A DNA stretch of 64,000 bases from Candidatus Saccharicenans sp. (GTDB lineage: Bacteria; Acidobacteriota; Aminicenantia; Aminicenantales; Saccharicenantaceae): assembly GCA_026414545.1 (NCBI GenBank), contig JAOAIU010000005.1:7657-71656 (forward strand), written 5' to 3'. The notes below the pieces were generated by a model. It was not told where the DNA came from. It did no database searches and was given only the letters and a program-made list of their open reading frames with translations. The stretch's first letter is position 1. Each line of letters begins with the position of its first letter. A program made the position numbers and the translations under genes. This document shows, piece after piece, positions 1-9,427 of this stretch.

Positions 1-396
1 GTTTAAGCTCAGGGAAATGTCGCCGTTAAAATAATTATTCCAGGTTCTCTCCCTCTCAGTCTTAAAAAAATAGACATACTGCGGTGATTCAAACAGGTGG
101 ACAATCAACCTTTTTCGCAACATGAAATAGGCCTCAACCCCCGGACCGGCAGTCAGCCAGAAATCAGAAACGGCCTCGGGATGGTAATAGATGTTAGAGT
201 CATAACCGGCGTCCCTTATGATAATCAGGGGTTGGACCCTGAGGGGACCGAATTTCCAGGCCGCTCGCTCCCAGCTCAGCCGCAGCTCCCTGGCCTTCCA
301 GGTTTCTGCCTGACCCCCAGTTGACAGAAGAATAAGGGCCAGGCTCAGCAGCCCCATCACGGGAAAAAAAGAATTGATCCTTTTCAACCTGATCAC
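1..396 (-). CDS. Exported hypothetical protein, N-terminal part only (3' end lies beyond the left window edge)
   Basis: The minus-strand frame is open from GTG at 396 (alternative ATG at 357) down to base 1. It is absent from the ORF track only because no stop lies in the window. The N-terminus VIRLKRINSFFPVMGLLSLALILLSTGGQAETW has a basic n-region and hydrophobic core (signal peptide). Aromatic-rich strand-like sequence follows (DSNIYYHPEAV, YVYFFKTERERTWNNYFNGDISLSLN). Function not recognisable. Confidence 0.45.
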   Translation of the reverse strand, partial: MIRLKRINSFFPVMGLLSLALILLSTGGQAETWKARELRLSWERAAWKFGPLRVQPLIIIRDAGYDSNIYYHPEAVSDFWLTAGPGVEAYFMLRKRLIVHLFESPQYVYFFKTERERTWNNYFNGDISLSLN

Positions 397-476
397 GATG
401 AACTTCTTCTACAAAATTTTATTATTACCATAATTTAGAGAGCCAGTTCAACCGCCTCCTCCCGGCTGATTTTTTC

Positions 477-505
477 TTGTCTGGGCCGGCTGGCAATTAT
501 ATATT
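477..505 (+). promoter_or_regulatory. Candidate sigma70-type promoter for lptD
   Basis: TTGTCT (477-482), 17 nt spacer, TATATT (500-505). It lies about 19 nt upstream of the lptD ATG in the divergent intergenic region. Confidence 0.35.
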
Positions 506-523
506 ATGTGATGAGAGAAGTGG

Positions 524-2698
524 ATGCCTGACCGGAAAGCCGGAGCAATTCTTACCAGCATTGGCGCCTTCCTGCTGCTTTCCTTTTTCCTCTCTCCCGT
601 CCCGGCACTGGCCAACCGGGCAGTCTCCGACCAGGGGTCAGGGTCAGCGGAAGAGGACATCAGGCTACTGGCCCGATATCAGGAAAAACGGGGTCCTCTC
701 TGGCTGGCTCAGGGCCAGGTCGAACTCCACTTCGGTTCGCTGACTCTGCTGGCTGACCGGCTTCAGGTCAACAGCGAAACCTACGAGGTGGTGGCCGAGG
801 GCCAGGTCACGCTCCAGCTCCCGTCAGAAGTGGTGGCCTGCGAACGTTTGATCTATAACTTGAAAACGGGTGAGGGGAAGCTGGAAGGAGTCAGGGCCAT
901 ATCCCGCCCGGGCCTTTTTTTCGGGGCAGGCTCAATAGAAAAATCAACTTCTGGGCTCTACCGGCTGGATAAAGCCTGGTTCACCACCTGCGCCCAGCCG
1001 GTTCCCCGCTGGCTGTTCTCCTTCTCCGAGGCCAGCCTTCGGCCGGAAGACCACATCACCATGAAACAGGCCGTATTCAGGGTAAAGAAGCTGCCCCTCC
1101 TTTATATCCCTTACCTGCGTTATCCCTTAAAAGATAGGGCCACCGGCTTTCTTTTCCCCCGGGTGGGGTTTAACCGGGTCAAGGGGCTGGCAGTCAGCCA
1201 GAGCTTCTACTGGGCCCTGGCACCCAACATGGATGCTACTCTTACTGCCGATTACTATTCCCGCCAGGGCACCGGGGCCGGGCTGGAATACCGCTATCTT
1301 TTTCCGGGGGGGACCAGGGGAGAAATCAACAGCTATCTTTTTCTTTTCCGGCGACAGCAGACCGGCGAGCGGCCCAGGCCAGCCTACATACTGAGATTAA
1401 ATCATACCCAGGCCCTGCCCCTGGGATTCCAGCTAGCCGGGCAGGCTGACTATTCCAGCTCATTTAGTTTCTTGCGAGAGTTTGATAACAACTTCAACTC
1501 GGCCACCGTCAGCAACCGTTCCTACCAGCTGGGCCTGAGCCGGAGCTGGTCCCATTTCAACCTGAACCTGAGGACCTCCAGGTTTGAAAGCTACTTCCCG
1601 CAGACCGGGCAGAGCGTGATTACCGCCTATCTCCCCCAGGCCAGTTTCAATCTCCTCAAGTACCGCTTGCTGCCCTTCGTCTACCTTTCATTTGAATCAG
1701 GCCTGGATAACTGGAAATACAGCTGGAAAAGCGATCTGACTGAGAATAGTTACCGGCTGGGCCAGGCCTATTTCCGGCCAGCTTTATCCCTGCCCCTGAT
1801 ACCAGCCGACTGGTTGAACCTGACCCTCAATGCCGGGGGGAACTTTGTCTGCTATTTCCAGAGCTATGAACCCGGAACCACCATCAGCAGTTCCCAGCCG
1901 TTGCTCACCACCCAGGCCAGGCTGGGGTTAAACCTGGAAGGCCCGGCCATCTACCGCCTCTACTTCAGGCAGGGTCAGCCGTTCTTGAAACATCTGGTAG
2001 TTCCTTTTATCTCCTATGCCTACGATACCCCCTTAGCCCGAGAAACCATGGACCGGATAATTACTCCGTTCGGACTTTTCCGGAACCACGACCTGAAATT
2101 TGGCCTGATGCAGCATTTTCTGATAAAAACAGACAGCTCACCCCGGGAAATTGTGACGCTCGGGCTATCGACCACCGTTTTTTTTGACCCGGAACACAGC
2201 CCCATAAAATATTATTACCCGAATAATCCACTGCGCCACTTTGCCCCGCTGAATGCCTACCTGAGGTACTATCCGGCTGGCCGGTTCAGCCTTGACTTCT
2301 CGGCCGATTTCAACCCCTACGAAAAAAATTTCCTGAGCTCCAGGTTGAGCGCCAATCTGGGTAAGCCTGACGACAATTTCTTCTTCAGCCTTAACTGGTC
2401 TAAAAATTATCAGGTGCTCGGCCCCGGCAGCTTTTTCCGCAGTCATCAGGCTGGCGGCCAGGCAGGCTGGAGCTGGCCGGAGAAGCTGGACCTTAAAGCT
2501 CAGCTGGAATTCGACCTGCAGAACCGGAAGTTTCTCTATGCAGCCCTGGCCGGAGTATACCATTACCAGTGCCTGGACTTCGGCTTTGACCTCAGGGTTT
2601 TCAATTACCGCAATCAGCCTGAGGTTCAATTCCGGTTTTCGCTCGGGCTGGGCAACATCAGCCGAACCTCCGACCTGCTGGGGGCTCTTGGTTTTTGA
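524..2698 (+). CDS. lptD: LPS-assembly outer-membrane protein LptD (OstA family)
   Basis: 724 aa with signal peptide ...FFLSPVPALA and an OstA-like N-terminal domain. The LptD hallmark block is present: AWFTTCAQPVPRWLFSFSEASL...VKKLPLLYIPYLRYPLKDRATGFLFPRVG. A long aromatic-rich beta-barrel region ends in ...LLGALGF. Confidence 0.75.
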   Translation: MPDRKAGAILTSIGAFLLLSFFLSPVPALANRAVSDQGSGSAEEDIRLLARYQEKRGPLWLAQGQVELHFGSLTLLADRLQVNSETYEVVAEGQVTLQLPSEVVACERLIYNLKTGEGKLEGVRAISRPGLFFGAGSIEKSTSGLYRLDKAWFTTCAQPVPRWLFSFSEASLRPEDHITMKQAVFRVKKLPLLYIPYLRYPLKDRATGFLFPRVGFNRVKGLAVSQSFYWALAPNMDATLTADYYSRQGTGAGLEYRYLFPGGTRGEINSYLFLFRRQQTGERPRPAYILRLNHTQALPLGFQLAGQADYSSSFSFLREFDNNFNSATVSNRSYQLGLSRSWSHFNLNLRTSRFESYFPQTGQSVITAYLPQASFNLLKYRLLPFVYLSFESGLDNWKYSWKSDLTENSYRLGQAYFRPALSLPLIPADWLNLTLNAGGNFVCYFQSYEPGTTISSSQPLLTTQARLGLNLEGPAIYRLYFRQGQPFLKHLVVPFISYAYDTPLARETMDRIITPFGLFRNHDLKFGLMQHFLIKTDSSPREIVTLGLSTTVFFDPEHSPIKYYYPNNPLRHFAPLNAYLRYYPAGRFSLDFSADFNPYEKNFLSSRLSANLGKPDDNFFFSLNWSKNYQVLGPGSFFRSHQAGGQAGWSWPEKLDLKAQLEFDLQNRKFLYAALAGVYHYQCLDFGFDLRVFNYRNQPEVQFRFSLGLGNISRTSDLLGALGF

Positions 2699-2716
2699 GA
2701 AATTCCGTATCAATCG

Positions 2717-2750
2717 CCCCCCGGAAGGGAGGTATTTACCTTTTTATTCA
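2717..2750 (+). terminator. Weak candidate intrinsic terminator after lptD
   Basis: CCCCCC (2717-2722), GGAA loop, GGGAGG (2727-2732) with one mismatch in the stem. It is followed by TATTTACCTTTTTATT. Confidence 0.3.
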
Positions 2751-2768
2751 GGGCGATAAAATCTCCGG

Positions 2769-2797
2769 TTGACACTCTGGACAAAAGTGAATATAAG
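2769..2797 (+). promoter_or_regulatory. Candidate sigma70-type promoter for the SDR gene
   Basis: TTGACA (2769-2774), 17 nt spacer, TATAAG (2792-2797). It lies 44 nt upstream of the ATG at 2841. Confidence 0.45.
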
Positions 2798-2840
2798 TTA
2801 TATTTTGAAAAGTGTTCGATTATCATAAAAGGGAAATAAA

Positions 2841-3797
2841 ATGCGAGTTCTGATAACGGGTATCAGCGGTTTTATCGGCAGCCATCTCGCCGAGTATCTG
2901 ACTCAGGCTCTACCCAATGTCGAGATTTTCGGACTGGTCAGACCCCGGGCCTGCGTTTCGGCGTTAAAAAAATTCGGAGACCGCCTAAGGTTGCTGGAAG
3001 CTGATGTCCGGGATCAGGGGTCGATGCTGAAAATCATGAACGAAGTCAGGCCCGACCGAATTTTCCACCTGGCCGGCCAGTCAGCCATCGAAGCTTCCTT
3101 CCGGACCCCGAACGAGACTTTTACCACCAACGCTCTGGGGACGGTTCACCTGCTGGAAGCCCTGCTGGAGATTCAAATCAACCCGGTCGTTATCATTGCT
3201 TCTTCGGCCGAGGCCTACGGACTGGCCTACGCCGACGAGCTGCCCCTCAAGGAAACGGCCCCTTTCCGGCCCCTCAGTCCCTTCGGGGTCAGCAAAGCCG
3301 CCCAGGACCTGCTTGGCTTTCAGTATTACAAAACCTACGGTCTTAAGGTCATCAGGGCCAGAATTTTCAACACCCTGGGGCCGCGTCAGCCCCTCCATTA
3401 TCAGGCTTCATCCCTGGCCCGGCAGATTGCTGAGATAGAAAAAAAGAAGCGGGAACCGGTCCTGAAAGTGGGCAACCTCGAAAATAAGAAGGACTACACC
3501 GATATCAGAGACCTGGTGCGGGCCCTCTGGTTAGTTTCTGAAAAGAGCCAGCCGGGAGAGGTGTTTAACCTCGGCTCCGGCCAGGCCTGGTCGGGAAACG
3601 AAATTCTGAAACTGATGCTGGGCATGACCAGGGCCAAGCTGGTTCTGGAAAACGACGATAAGAAGAGCCAGCTTCCGGAACCACCCATCCTGCTGGCTGA
3701 CATTTCCAGGCTGGTCAGGCTGACCGGCTGGAAACCCCAGATTAGCCTGAAACAATCAATCCTGGACCTTATAAATTTCTGGAGAGAAATGGCCTGA
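2841..3797 (+). CDS. NAD-dependent sugar-nucleotide epimerase/dehydratase (extended SDR family, Gmd/Rmd-like)
   Basis: 318 aa with Rossmann motif ITGISGFIGSHL at the N-terminus and the SSAEAYG block. The catalytic block reads SPFGVSK, i.e. Phe at the YxxxK tyrosine position (see findings). Confidence 0.8.
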   Translation: MRVLITGISGFIGSHLAEYLTQALPNVEIFGLVRPRACVSALKKFGDRLRLLEADVRDQGSMLKIMNEVRPDRIFHLAGQSAIEASFRTPNETFTTNALGTVHLLEALLEIQINPVVIIASSAEAYGLAYADELPLKETAPFRPLSPFGVSKAAQDLLGFQYYKTYGLKVIRARIFNTLGPRQPLHYQASSLARQIAEIEKKKREPVLKVGNLENKKDYTDIRDLVRALWLVSEKSQPGEVFNLGSGQAWSGNEILKLMLGMTRAKLVLENDDKKSQLPEPPILLADISRLVRLTGWKPQISLKQSILDLINFWREMA

Positions 3798-3814
3798 CTC
3801 CGGCCTGATTGGTC

Positions 3815-5296
3815 TTACCGGCTGGATTTGATGTTGAGTTCCAGCTGGCTTTCCTGAACCAGCTTTCGCTCTTCTTCTATGGTCTTTAAAATATCCTGGG
3901 TGACATCACCGGTCGGATAGCTACCGTCAAAGCAAGCCGCGCAAAAACTGCGGAGCTGAGGGTTTTCCATGCGAACGGCCTTCTTCAGGTTTTTCAGGGT
4001 CTGGTAGATGACCCGGTCGGCCCCGATGCGCCTGGCCACTAGCTCCTCATCGGCATCCCTGGCCACGAACTCAGTCTTGGTCTGCATGTCTATCCCGTAA
4101 ACGCAGGGATACCGGAGCGGGGGTGAATAGGAAGCAAAATAAACCTTCTCGGCCCCGCACTCCCGGACCATCTCCACGATGGCCCTGGAAGTATTTCCCC
4201 GGACAATGCTGTCGTCAACCAGCAAGACTTTTTTTCCGGCAATCTCTGAGCAGATGGGGTTGAGTTTTTGTCTCACCGAGCTCTGCCTCTTGATTTCAGC
4301 CGGCATGATAAAGGTCCGACCGATGTAGCGGTTCTTGACCAGGGCCTCCCGGTATTTCAATTTCAGGCGGCGGGCGATCTCGATGGCTGCATCCCGGGCC
4401 GAATCCGGAACCGGCACCACCACGTCGATTTCCAGATTTTTCTTTTTGATTTCAGCGGCCAAAAGGCGCCCTAGGTTCACCCGGCTCTTGTAGACGTTTA
4501 CCCCGTCGATAACCGAGTCGGGACGGGCAAAATAAACCCACTCAAACAGGCAGGGGGTGTGCTTCTTGTGGATTATTTTCTTCCGGTGAAGCTGCCGGTT
4601 ACGGTCCAGGAAAACGGCTTCGCCGGCCTGGATATGTTCAATGTCATCAAAGTTCATCAGGTTCAGGCTGACCGTCTCCGAAGCGAAGGCATAGGAAGGC
4701 TTCAGACCATCCTTCCGTCGGCCGAAGCTTAGCGGCTTGATCCCATGGGGGTCGCGGAAGGCCACCATTCCCTGCTCAGCGATGTAAGCTACCACCGAAT
4801 AGCTACCCTTGACCCGGCGGTAAACTCCGGCTACGGCCTCAAAGATATTTTCTGGGCTAAGTTGCTTTACCCGTTGCTCTTCCAGCTCCTGGGCAAAGAC
4901 ATTCAGAATCACCTCGGCATCGCAGTCAGAATTCAGCAACCGCTGGTTCTTTTCAAACAATTCCTTCTTCAGTTGCCGATAATTGACCACGTTACCGTTG
5001 TGAGCCAGGATGATGCCAAAGGGGGTGTTGACCATGAACGGCTGGGCATCCTCGTATCCCCCTCCGCCAATGGTTGGATATCGGGTATGGCCAATGCCAA
5101 CGTTACCCTTGAGCTGGGCCGCTTCCTGCGGACCGAAAATATCGAGCACCAGGCCGTTGCCCTTCTTCTCGTGGAACCTGCCGTCGTAGGTGATGATGCC
5201 GGCGGCATCCTGCCCCCGGTGCTGAATGGACAGCAATCCCTGGTAGAGGTCGTGAAAGACTTCCCGGTTAGCCCAGATGCCGATAACACCACACAT
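3815..5296 (-). CDS. purF: Amidophosphoribosyltransferase
   Basis: 493 aa. The N-terminal MCGVIGI carries the Ntn catalytic Cys. The PRTase motif VLLVDDSIVRGNTS is present, as are Cys ligands of the Fe-S type PurF (CLFEW..., CAACFDGSYP). Confidence 0.92.
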   Translation of the reverse strand: MCGVIGIWANREVFHDLYQGLLSIQHRGQDAAGIITYDGRFHEKKGNGLVLDIFGPQEAAQLKGNVGIGHTRYPTIGGGGYEDAQPFMVNTPFGIILAHNGNVVNYRQLKKELFEKNQRLLNSDCDAEVILNVFAQELEEQRVKQLSPENIFEAVAGVYRRVKGSYSVVAYIAEQGMVAFRDPHGIKPLSFGRRKDGLKPSYAFASETVSLNLMNFDDIEHIQAGEAVFLDRNRQLHRKKIIHKKHTPCLFEWVYFARPDSVIDGVNVYKSRVNLGRLLAAEIKKKNLEIDVVVPVPDSARDAAIEIARRLKLKYREALVKNRYIGRTFIMPAEIKRQSSVRQKLNPICSEIAGKKVLLVDDSIVRGNTSRAIVEMVRECGAEKVYFASYSPPLRYPCVYGIDMQTKTEFVARDADEELVARRIGADRVIYQTLKNLKKAVRMENPQLRSFCAACFDGSYPTGDVTQDILKTIEEERKLVQESQLELNIKSSR

Positions 5297-5324
5297 GGTC
5301 TGGTATCCTTAAGTATCAGGGCAT

Positions 5325-5353
5325 ATTATAGCAAATAGCTCAGGTAGTGTTAA
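5325..5353 (-). promoter_or_regulatory. Candidate sigma70-type promoter for purF
   Basis: On the minus strand: TTAACA (5353-5348), 17 nt spacer, TATAAT (5330-5325). The short leader carries AAGGA before the ATG. Confidence 0.45.
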
Positions 5354-5441
5354 TTGAACCAGAAAAGATTGCCAGCAGGTCATTAAGCCCGGACCGGGGA
5401 CTGGTTACCGGCCCGGCTAACCTTCTACTCAGCTGGCAAAC

Positions 5442-5458
5442 TTAACCAAGTTTTAACA
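5442..5458 (+). promoter_or_regulatory. Pho-box-like direct repeat (TTAACC-N5-TTAACA)
   Basis: Two hexamers start 11 bp apart (5442, 5453). A TATCTT -10-like element follows 12 nt later (5471-5476), upstream of the porin-pst operon. Confidence 0.35.
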
Positions 5459-5559
5459 AATCCTTCGCTTTATCTTTACCGACCGCTCCTATGCTTTGTT
5501 TCCGAGGACCGGAGCTTTCCTGGCGCCGGAAAGCCCGGATAACAAATCAAGGAGGAAAA

Positions 5560-6654
5560 ATGAGCGCGAACAAGAAGTCTAAAAAGGTCAAATTCATCGT
5601 TGGGCGGTCGCTTTTTCTGTTGGCAGCCATTCTTACCAGCCTGTTCTCCTGGCTGTCTCCCGCTTTCGCCCAGCAAAAATTTTCTGGCACGGTCTTCTTC
5701 GATTATACTTTTTATCTTTCTAACGATGGTCCAATAACCACCCCGCCCCCTAACAACCCGAATTTCAAGAACAACTTCATGCAATTCCGCCGGGTTTATT
5801 TCCGCTACGACAACAAGATCAACGACAACATTAGCTTTCGCCTGACTCTGGACGGCGACACGGTCAAAGCCGTTGATGCCTCAGGTAAGGCTGACGATAA
5901 GTTCCGGCCTTACTTAAAGCATATGTACCTCCAAATAAACAACCTGATTCCCGAAGCCGATATTAAGATCGGTATGGCTGACACCATTACCTTCAAGATG
6001 GCCGAAGACCGCTGGGGATACCGCAGCGTGGCCAAGACCCTGCTGGACGGCTATAAGGATATTACCGGCAAGGACATCGACGCTACCAGCGCTGACATCG
6101 GGATCAGCCTCACCGGCAAACTCGTTCGCCAGGTTCGTTACGGGGTCATGCTCTCCAGCGGAGAAGGTTATTCCAAACCGGAGAAGGACAAACATAAAAA
6201 AATCAGCTCTTATCTTCAGCTGATTCCGGTGGCTGGCCTGTCGCTGGTCGGTTACCTGGATTATGAAAAGCAGGATGTCGGAGCCAGGGCATATACCTAC
6301 AAAGCTGATATGTATGTTGAGTTCATCCCCAACCTGACTCTCGGGGCTGAATACTTTGTTTATCGCAACGATAAGAACTTACTAAACGGCGAACGTTACG
6401 ACCGCTCCGGCCTGTCGGTTTTCGGACGTTACAATCTAGTCCCGGAGAAATTGAACCTGTTTGCCCGCTTTGACCGGTATGAACCCAGCAACCTGACCGA
6501 CCTGGACGAGCTCTCCCTGGTAATCGCCGGCCTGGACTGGGCACCGCTCAACAGCAGTTTCAAACTTCAGCCCAACATCTGGCTCTACGATTATAAAGAC
6601 CCCTTAAAAAAGAATGACCTTATCTTCAACCTGACCTTTTTGATGAGTTTTTAA
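5560..6654 (+). CDS. Outer-membrane porin, first gene of the pst operon (probable anion/phosphate porin)
   Basis: The in-frame ATG at 5560 is preceded by GGAGG (5551-5555). The track start at 5491 is judged too early. Signal peptide ...LFSWLSPAFAQ, then alternating beta-strand sequence with an RRVYFRYDNKI block and a C-terminal ...FNLTFLMSF. pstS begins 25 nt downstream. Confidence 0.6.
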   Translation: MSANKKSKKVKFIVGRSLFLLAAILTSLFSWLSPAFAQQKFSGTVFFDYTFYLSNDGPITTPPPNNPNFKNNFMQFRRVYFRYDNKINDNISFRLTLDGDTVKAVDASGKADDKFRPYLKHMYLQINNLIPEADIKIGMADTITFKMAEDRWGYRSVAKTLLDGYKDITGKDIDATSADIGISLTGKLVRQVRYGVMLSSGEGYSKPEKDKHKKISSYLQLIPVAGLSLVGYLDYEKQDVGARAYTYKADMYVEFIPNLTLGAEYFVYRNDKNLLNGERYDRSGLSVFGRYNLVPEKLNLFARFDRYEPSNLTDLDELSLVIAGLDWAPLNSSFKLQPNIWLYDYKDPLKKNDLIFNLTFLMSF

Positions 6655-6678
6655 GAAACCCTTTTGAAGGAGGAGAAA

Positions 6679-7614
6679 ATGAAAAAAAGCTTGAACAGAG
6701 ATTGGAAGAAACTTTGGGCCCGACCTGGAATCCTGGCCCTGCTTGTGGTGACGCTGGCCCTGTGGCTGGTCTCACCGGTTCTGGCCCAGAAAAAAATGAT
6801 CCAGGTCAAGGGCTCTGATACCATGGTCAACCTGGTTCAGATCCTGGCCGAAGAATACATGGCCAAGAAACCGGGTACGGCTATCGCTGTCCTGGGCGGC
6901 GGCTCGGGCACCGGTATAACGGCCATCATCAACGGCACCTGCGACCTGGCCAACCATTCCCGAGAATGGAAGCCGAAAGAGCTCGACCTGGCCTATGAAA
7001 AAGGAGTCAGGCCCAGAGTCTTTGCCATCGCCGTGGATGCTCTGAGCATCATCGTCAACGAGAAAAACCCCTTAGAGACCCTGACCATGGCTCAGGTGGG
7101 CTCGATTTTTCGGGGTGAAATCAAGAACTGGAAAGTTCTGGGTGGGCCCGACCAGAAAATTTCCCTCTACGGGAGGCAGTCAAACTCCGGCACCTATTCC
7201 TTCCTGCAGGAGCACGTGCTGAACAACAAAAACTACTCTCCGGATGTCAAGGAGATGAACGGCAATGCCCAGATCATTGAAGCCGTTACCCAGGACCTGG
7301 CCGGCATCGGTTACGTGGGCGTAGGCTACCTGTATGACGAGAACGGACAGCTGAGAAAAGGTCTCAAAGTTCTCAAAATAAAGAAAGACGACAATTCTCC
7401 GGAATACTCGCCCCTGGACAAGGAAGCTGTCTATTCAGCTAAATACGCCATCTCCAGACCGCTCTACCAGTGCACCAACGGCAAACCCTCGGCCGCCTTG
7501 GCTGATTTCATCCGCTTTGAGCTGAGCCCGGAAGGCCAGGCCATCGTGGAGAAAGAAGGATTTTTCAAAATCGGTAAAGAGCTGATGGAACTTAACGAAA
7601 AGAACCTGAGATAG
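6679..7614 (+). CDS. pstS: Phosphate ABC transporter substrate-binding protein
   Basis: ATG 6679 is preceded by GGAGG. Signal peptide ...LWLVSPVLAQ. PstS-type blocks KGSDTM, GGGSGTG and SNSGTY are present. Confidence 0.85.
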   Translation: MKKSLNRDWKKLWARPGILALLVVTLALWLVSPVLAQKKMIQVKGSDTMVNLVQILAEEYMAKKPGTAIAVLGGGSGTGITAIINGTCDLANHSREWKPKELDLAYEKGVRPRVFAIAVDALSIIVNEKNPLETLTMAQVGSIFRGEIKNWKVLGGPDQKISLYGRQSNSGTYSFLQEHVLNNKNYSPDVKEMNGNAQIIEAVTQDLAGIGYVGVGYLYDENGQLRKGLKVLKIKKDDNSPEYSPLDKEAVYSAKYAISRPLYQCTNGKPSAALADFIRFELSPEGQAIVEKEGFFKIGKELMELNEKNLR

Positions 7615-7638
7615 GAACCCCAATAAAGTGGAAATAGC

Positions 7639-8544
7639 ATGGGCACGGTTAAGAAGAAGGGCATCCTCGGGGACCTTAAAGAAAGCCTGATTCAGAGGCT
7701 TTTTCAAACCAGCGGTTTGCTGGCCATAATAGTTCTCGTAGGAATCTTCGCCCTTCTTCTCCACACCTCAATTCCCGCCTTCCGGGAAGTCAGCCTTAAA
7801 GAATTTCTGACTTCTACCCGCTGGGACCCGACCTCCCCGGAAAGGCCTGAATACGGCCTGCTATCCATGCTGGCCAGTACCGTCATGGTAACTTTTGGCG
7901 CCCTGCTGGTGGCCTTCCCCGTCGGAGTGGCCGTGGCCGCCTATCTTTCAGACGTGGCCAGCCCCAGAGTGCGCGAGCTGGTTAAGCCTGTGGTCGAATT
8001 GCTGGCAGCCATTCCTTCTGTCGTGGTTGGCTTTATTGGTATTACCCTGGTGGGGCCGCTGATCGCCAAGCTTTTCAACCTCAGCCACGGCCTGACGGCT
8101 CTAAACGGCAGCCTGCTGCTGGCCATCATGGCTCTACCCACCATAATCAGCATTTCCGAAGATTCGCTTAATGCCGTCCCGGTTTCTTATGTCGAAGCCT
8201 CCCTGGCTTTGGGAGCCAACCGCTGGCAAACCCTGGTCAGGGTTAAGATACCAGCGGCTCTATCAGGGATAATCGCCTCGATGATGCTGGGAATGGGCCG
8301 AGCGATAGGCGAAACTATGACCGTCCTGATGGCTACAGGCAACGCCCGGGCCTTCCCTCATGGTTTCCTGCAATCAGTGAGGACGCTAACGGCCAATATC
8401 GCCATCGAGCTGGGAGAGGTTCCTTATTACACCACCCATTATTATGCCCTGTTCGCCATCGGCCTGGTCCTGTTTATCCTGACTTTTTTCGTTAACCTGA
8501 CTGCTGATGTCATTCTGGAAAAACAGAAAAGGAAACTGCGGTGA
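7639..8544 (+). CDS. pstC: Phosphate ABC transporter permease PstC
   Basis: 301 aa polytopic permease with EAA-type loop EASLALGANRWQTLVRVKIPAA. Its position between pstS and pstA supports the call. Confidence 0.88.
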   Translation: MGTVKKKGILGDLKESLIQRLFQTSGLLAIIVLVGIFALLLHTSIPAFREVSLKEFLTSTRWDPTSPERPEYGLLSMLASTVMVTFGALLVAFPVGVAVAAYLSDVASPRVRELVKPVVELLAAIPSVVVGFIGITLVGPLIAKLFNLSHGLTALNGSLLLAIMALPTIISISEDSLNAVPVSYVEASLALGANRWQTLVRVKIPAALSGIIASMMLGMGRAIGETMTVLMATGNARAFPHGFLQSVRTLTANIAIELGEVPYYTTHYYALFAIGLVLFILTFFVNLTADVILEKQKRKLR

Positions 8545-9425
8545 AGAGCTCGGTTAAAAAAAGCCATAAGAATTTGAAAAGCCAGCTAACCCAATTTACA
8601 GGTTTTCTTTTTCTGAGGCTGGCGGTTTATTCAGTGCTGTTCATACTCCTTTATTTTTTCTACGACGTCGGCAGCCAGGGCTACAAGGCCATCTCCTGGG
8701 AATTCTTGAGCCAGGTCCCGAAACGCGGAATGACCGAAGGAGGAATTTTCCCGGCCATAGTCGGTACCTTTCTGGTGACGCTGATAACCGCCCTGTTTGC
8801 CGTGCCGCTGGGCATGGCCGCGGCCATATACCTGAACGAATATGCCCGGGCTGGCCGTCTAACCAGGCTAATCAGACTGTCAATAAGAAATCTGGCCGGG
8901 GTCCCCTCGATTGTTTATGGTCTTTTTGGGGTAATTCTGTTCGTCAACATGCTAAAGTTCGGGACTTCTGTTCTCTCGGCCGGACTGACTCTCGGCCTGC
9001 TGACCCTGCCCTGGACGATTACCGCCAGCGAGGAAGCCCTGAAGTCTGTGCCGGATTCCTACCGGGAGGGAGCCCTGGCCCTGGGAGCAACCAAATGGCA
9101 GATGATCCGGACTAACGTCCTGCCCTATTCCATACCAGGAATGCTGACCGGAGCGGTGCTGGGACTGGCCAGGGCCGCCGGAGAGACGGCGCCAATCATG
9201 TTTACCGGCGCGGCCTTCTATTTGCCCTTTCTGCCGCGCTCCTTAAAAGACCAGTTCATGGCCCTGCCCTACCATCTTTACATCATGGCCACTCAGCACC
9301 ATGCCATCGATAAAGCCCGTCCACTGGCCTATGGCACGGCCTTGGTGCTGATAGTCTTTGTGGTTCTGTTTAACCTCGGAGCCATCCTAGTGCGAGCCCG
9401 CCTCAGAAGAAAGTGGAGACACTGA
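8541..9425 (+). CDS. pstA: Phosphate ABC transporter permease PstA
   Basis: The GTG start overlaps the pstC stop (GTGA). EAA-type loop [20 protein letters not shown] is present. Confidence 0.88.
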   Translation: MKSSVKKSHKNLKSQLTQFTGFLFLRLAVYSVLFILLYFFYDVGSQGYKAISWEFLSQVPKRGMTEGGIFPAIVGTFLVTLITALFAVPLGMAAAIYLNEYARAGRLTRLIRLSIRNLAGVPSIVYGLFGVILFVNMLKFGTSVLSAGLTLGLLTLPWTITASEEALKSVPDSYREGALALGATKWQMIRTNVLPYSIPGMLTGAVLGLARAAGETAPIMFTGAAFYLPFLPRSLKDQFMALPYHLYIMATQHHAIDKARPLAYGTALVLIVFVVLFNLGAILVRARLRRKWRH

Positions 9426-9427
9426 CC

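Noticed and set aside
97-324. 75-aa plus-strand ORF at the left edge.
   Set aside because: It lies antisense to a longer open frame that encodes a protein with a clear signal peptide (complement 1..396). Its own product is Pro/Gly-rich with no start context.
5491-5559. N-terminal extensions in the ORF track: 5491 for the porin, 39511..39714 for mlaF, 53083..53187 for dnaA, 14543..14590 for the SH3b protein, and 60430..60513 for the MnhC-like gene.
   Set aside because: In each case an internal ATG with a good RBS yields a canonical N-terminus or signal peptide. The extension would also overlap the upstream gene, promoter or DnaA boxes.
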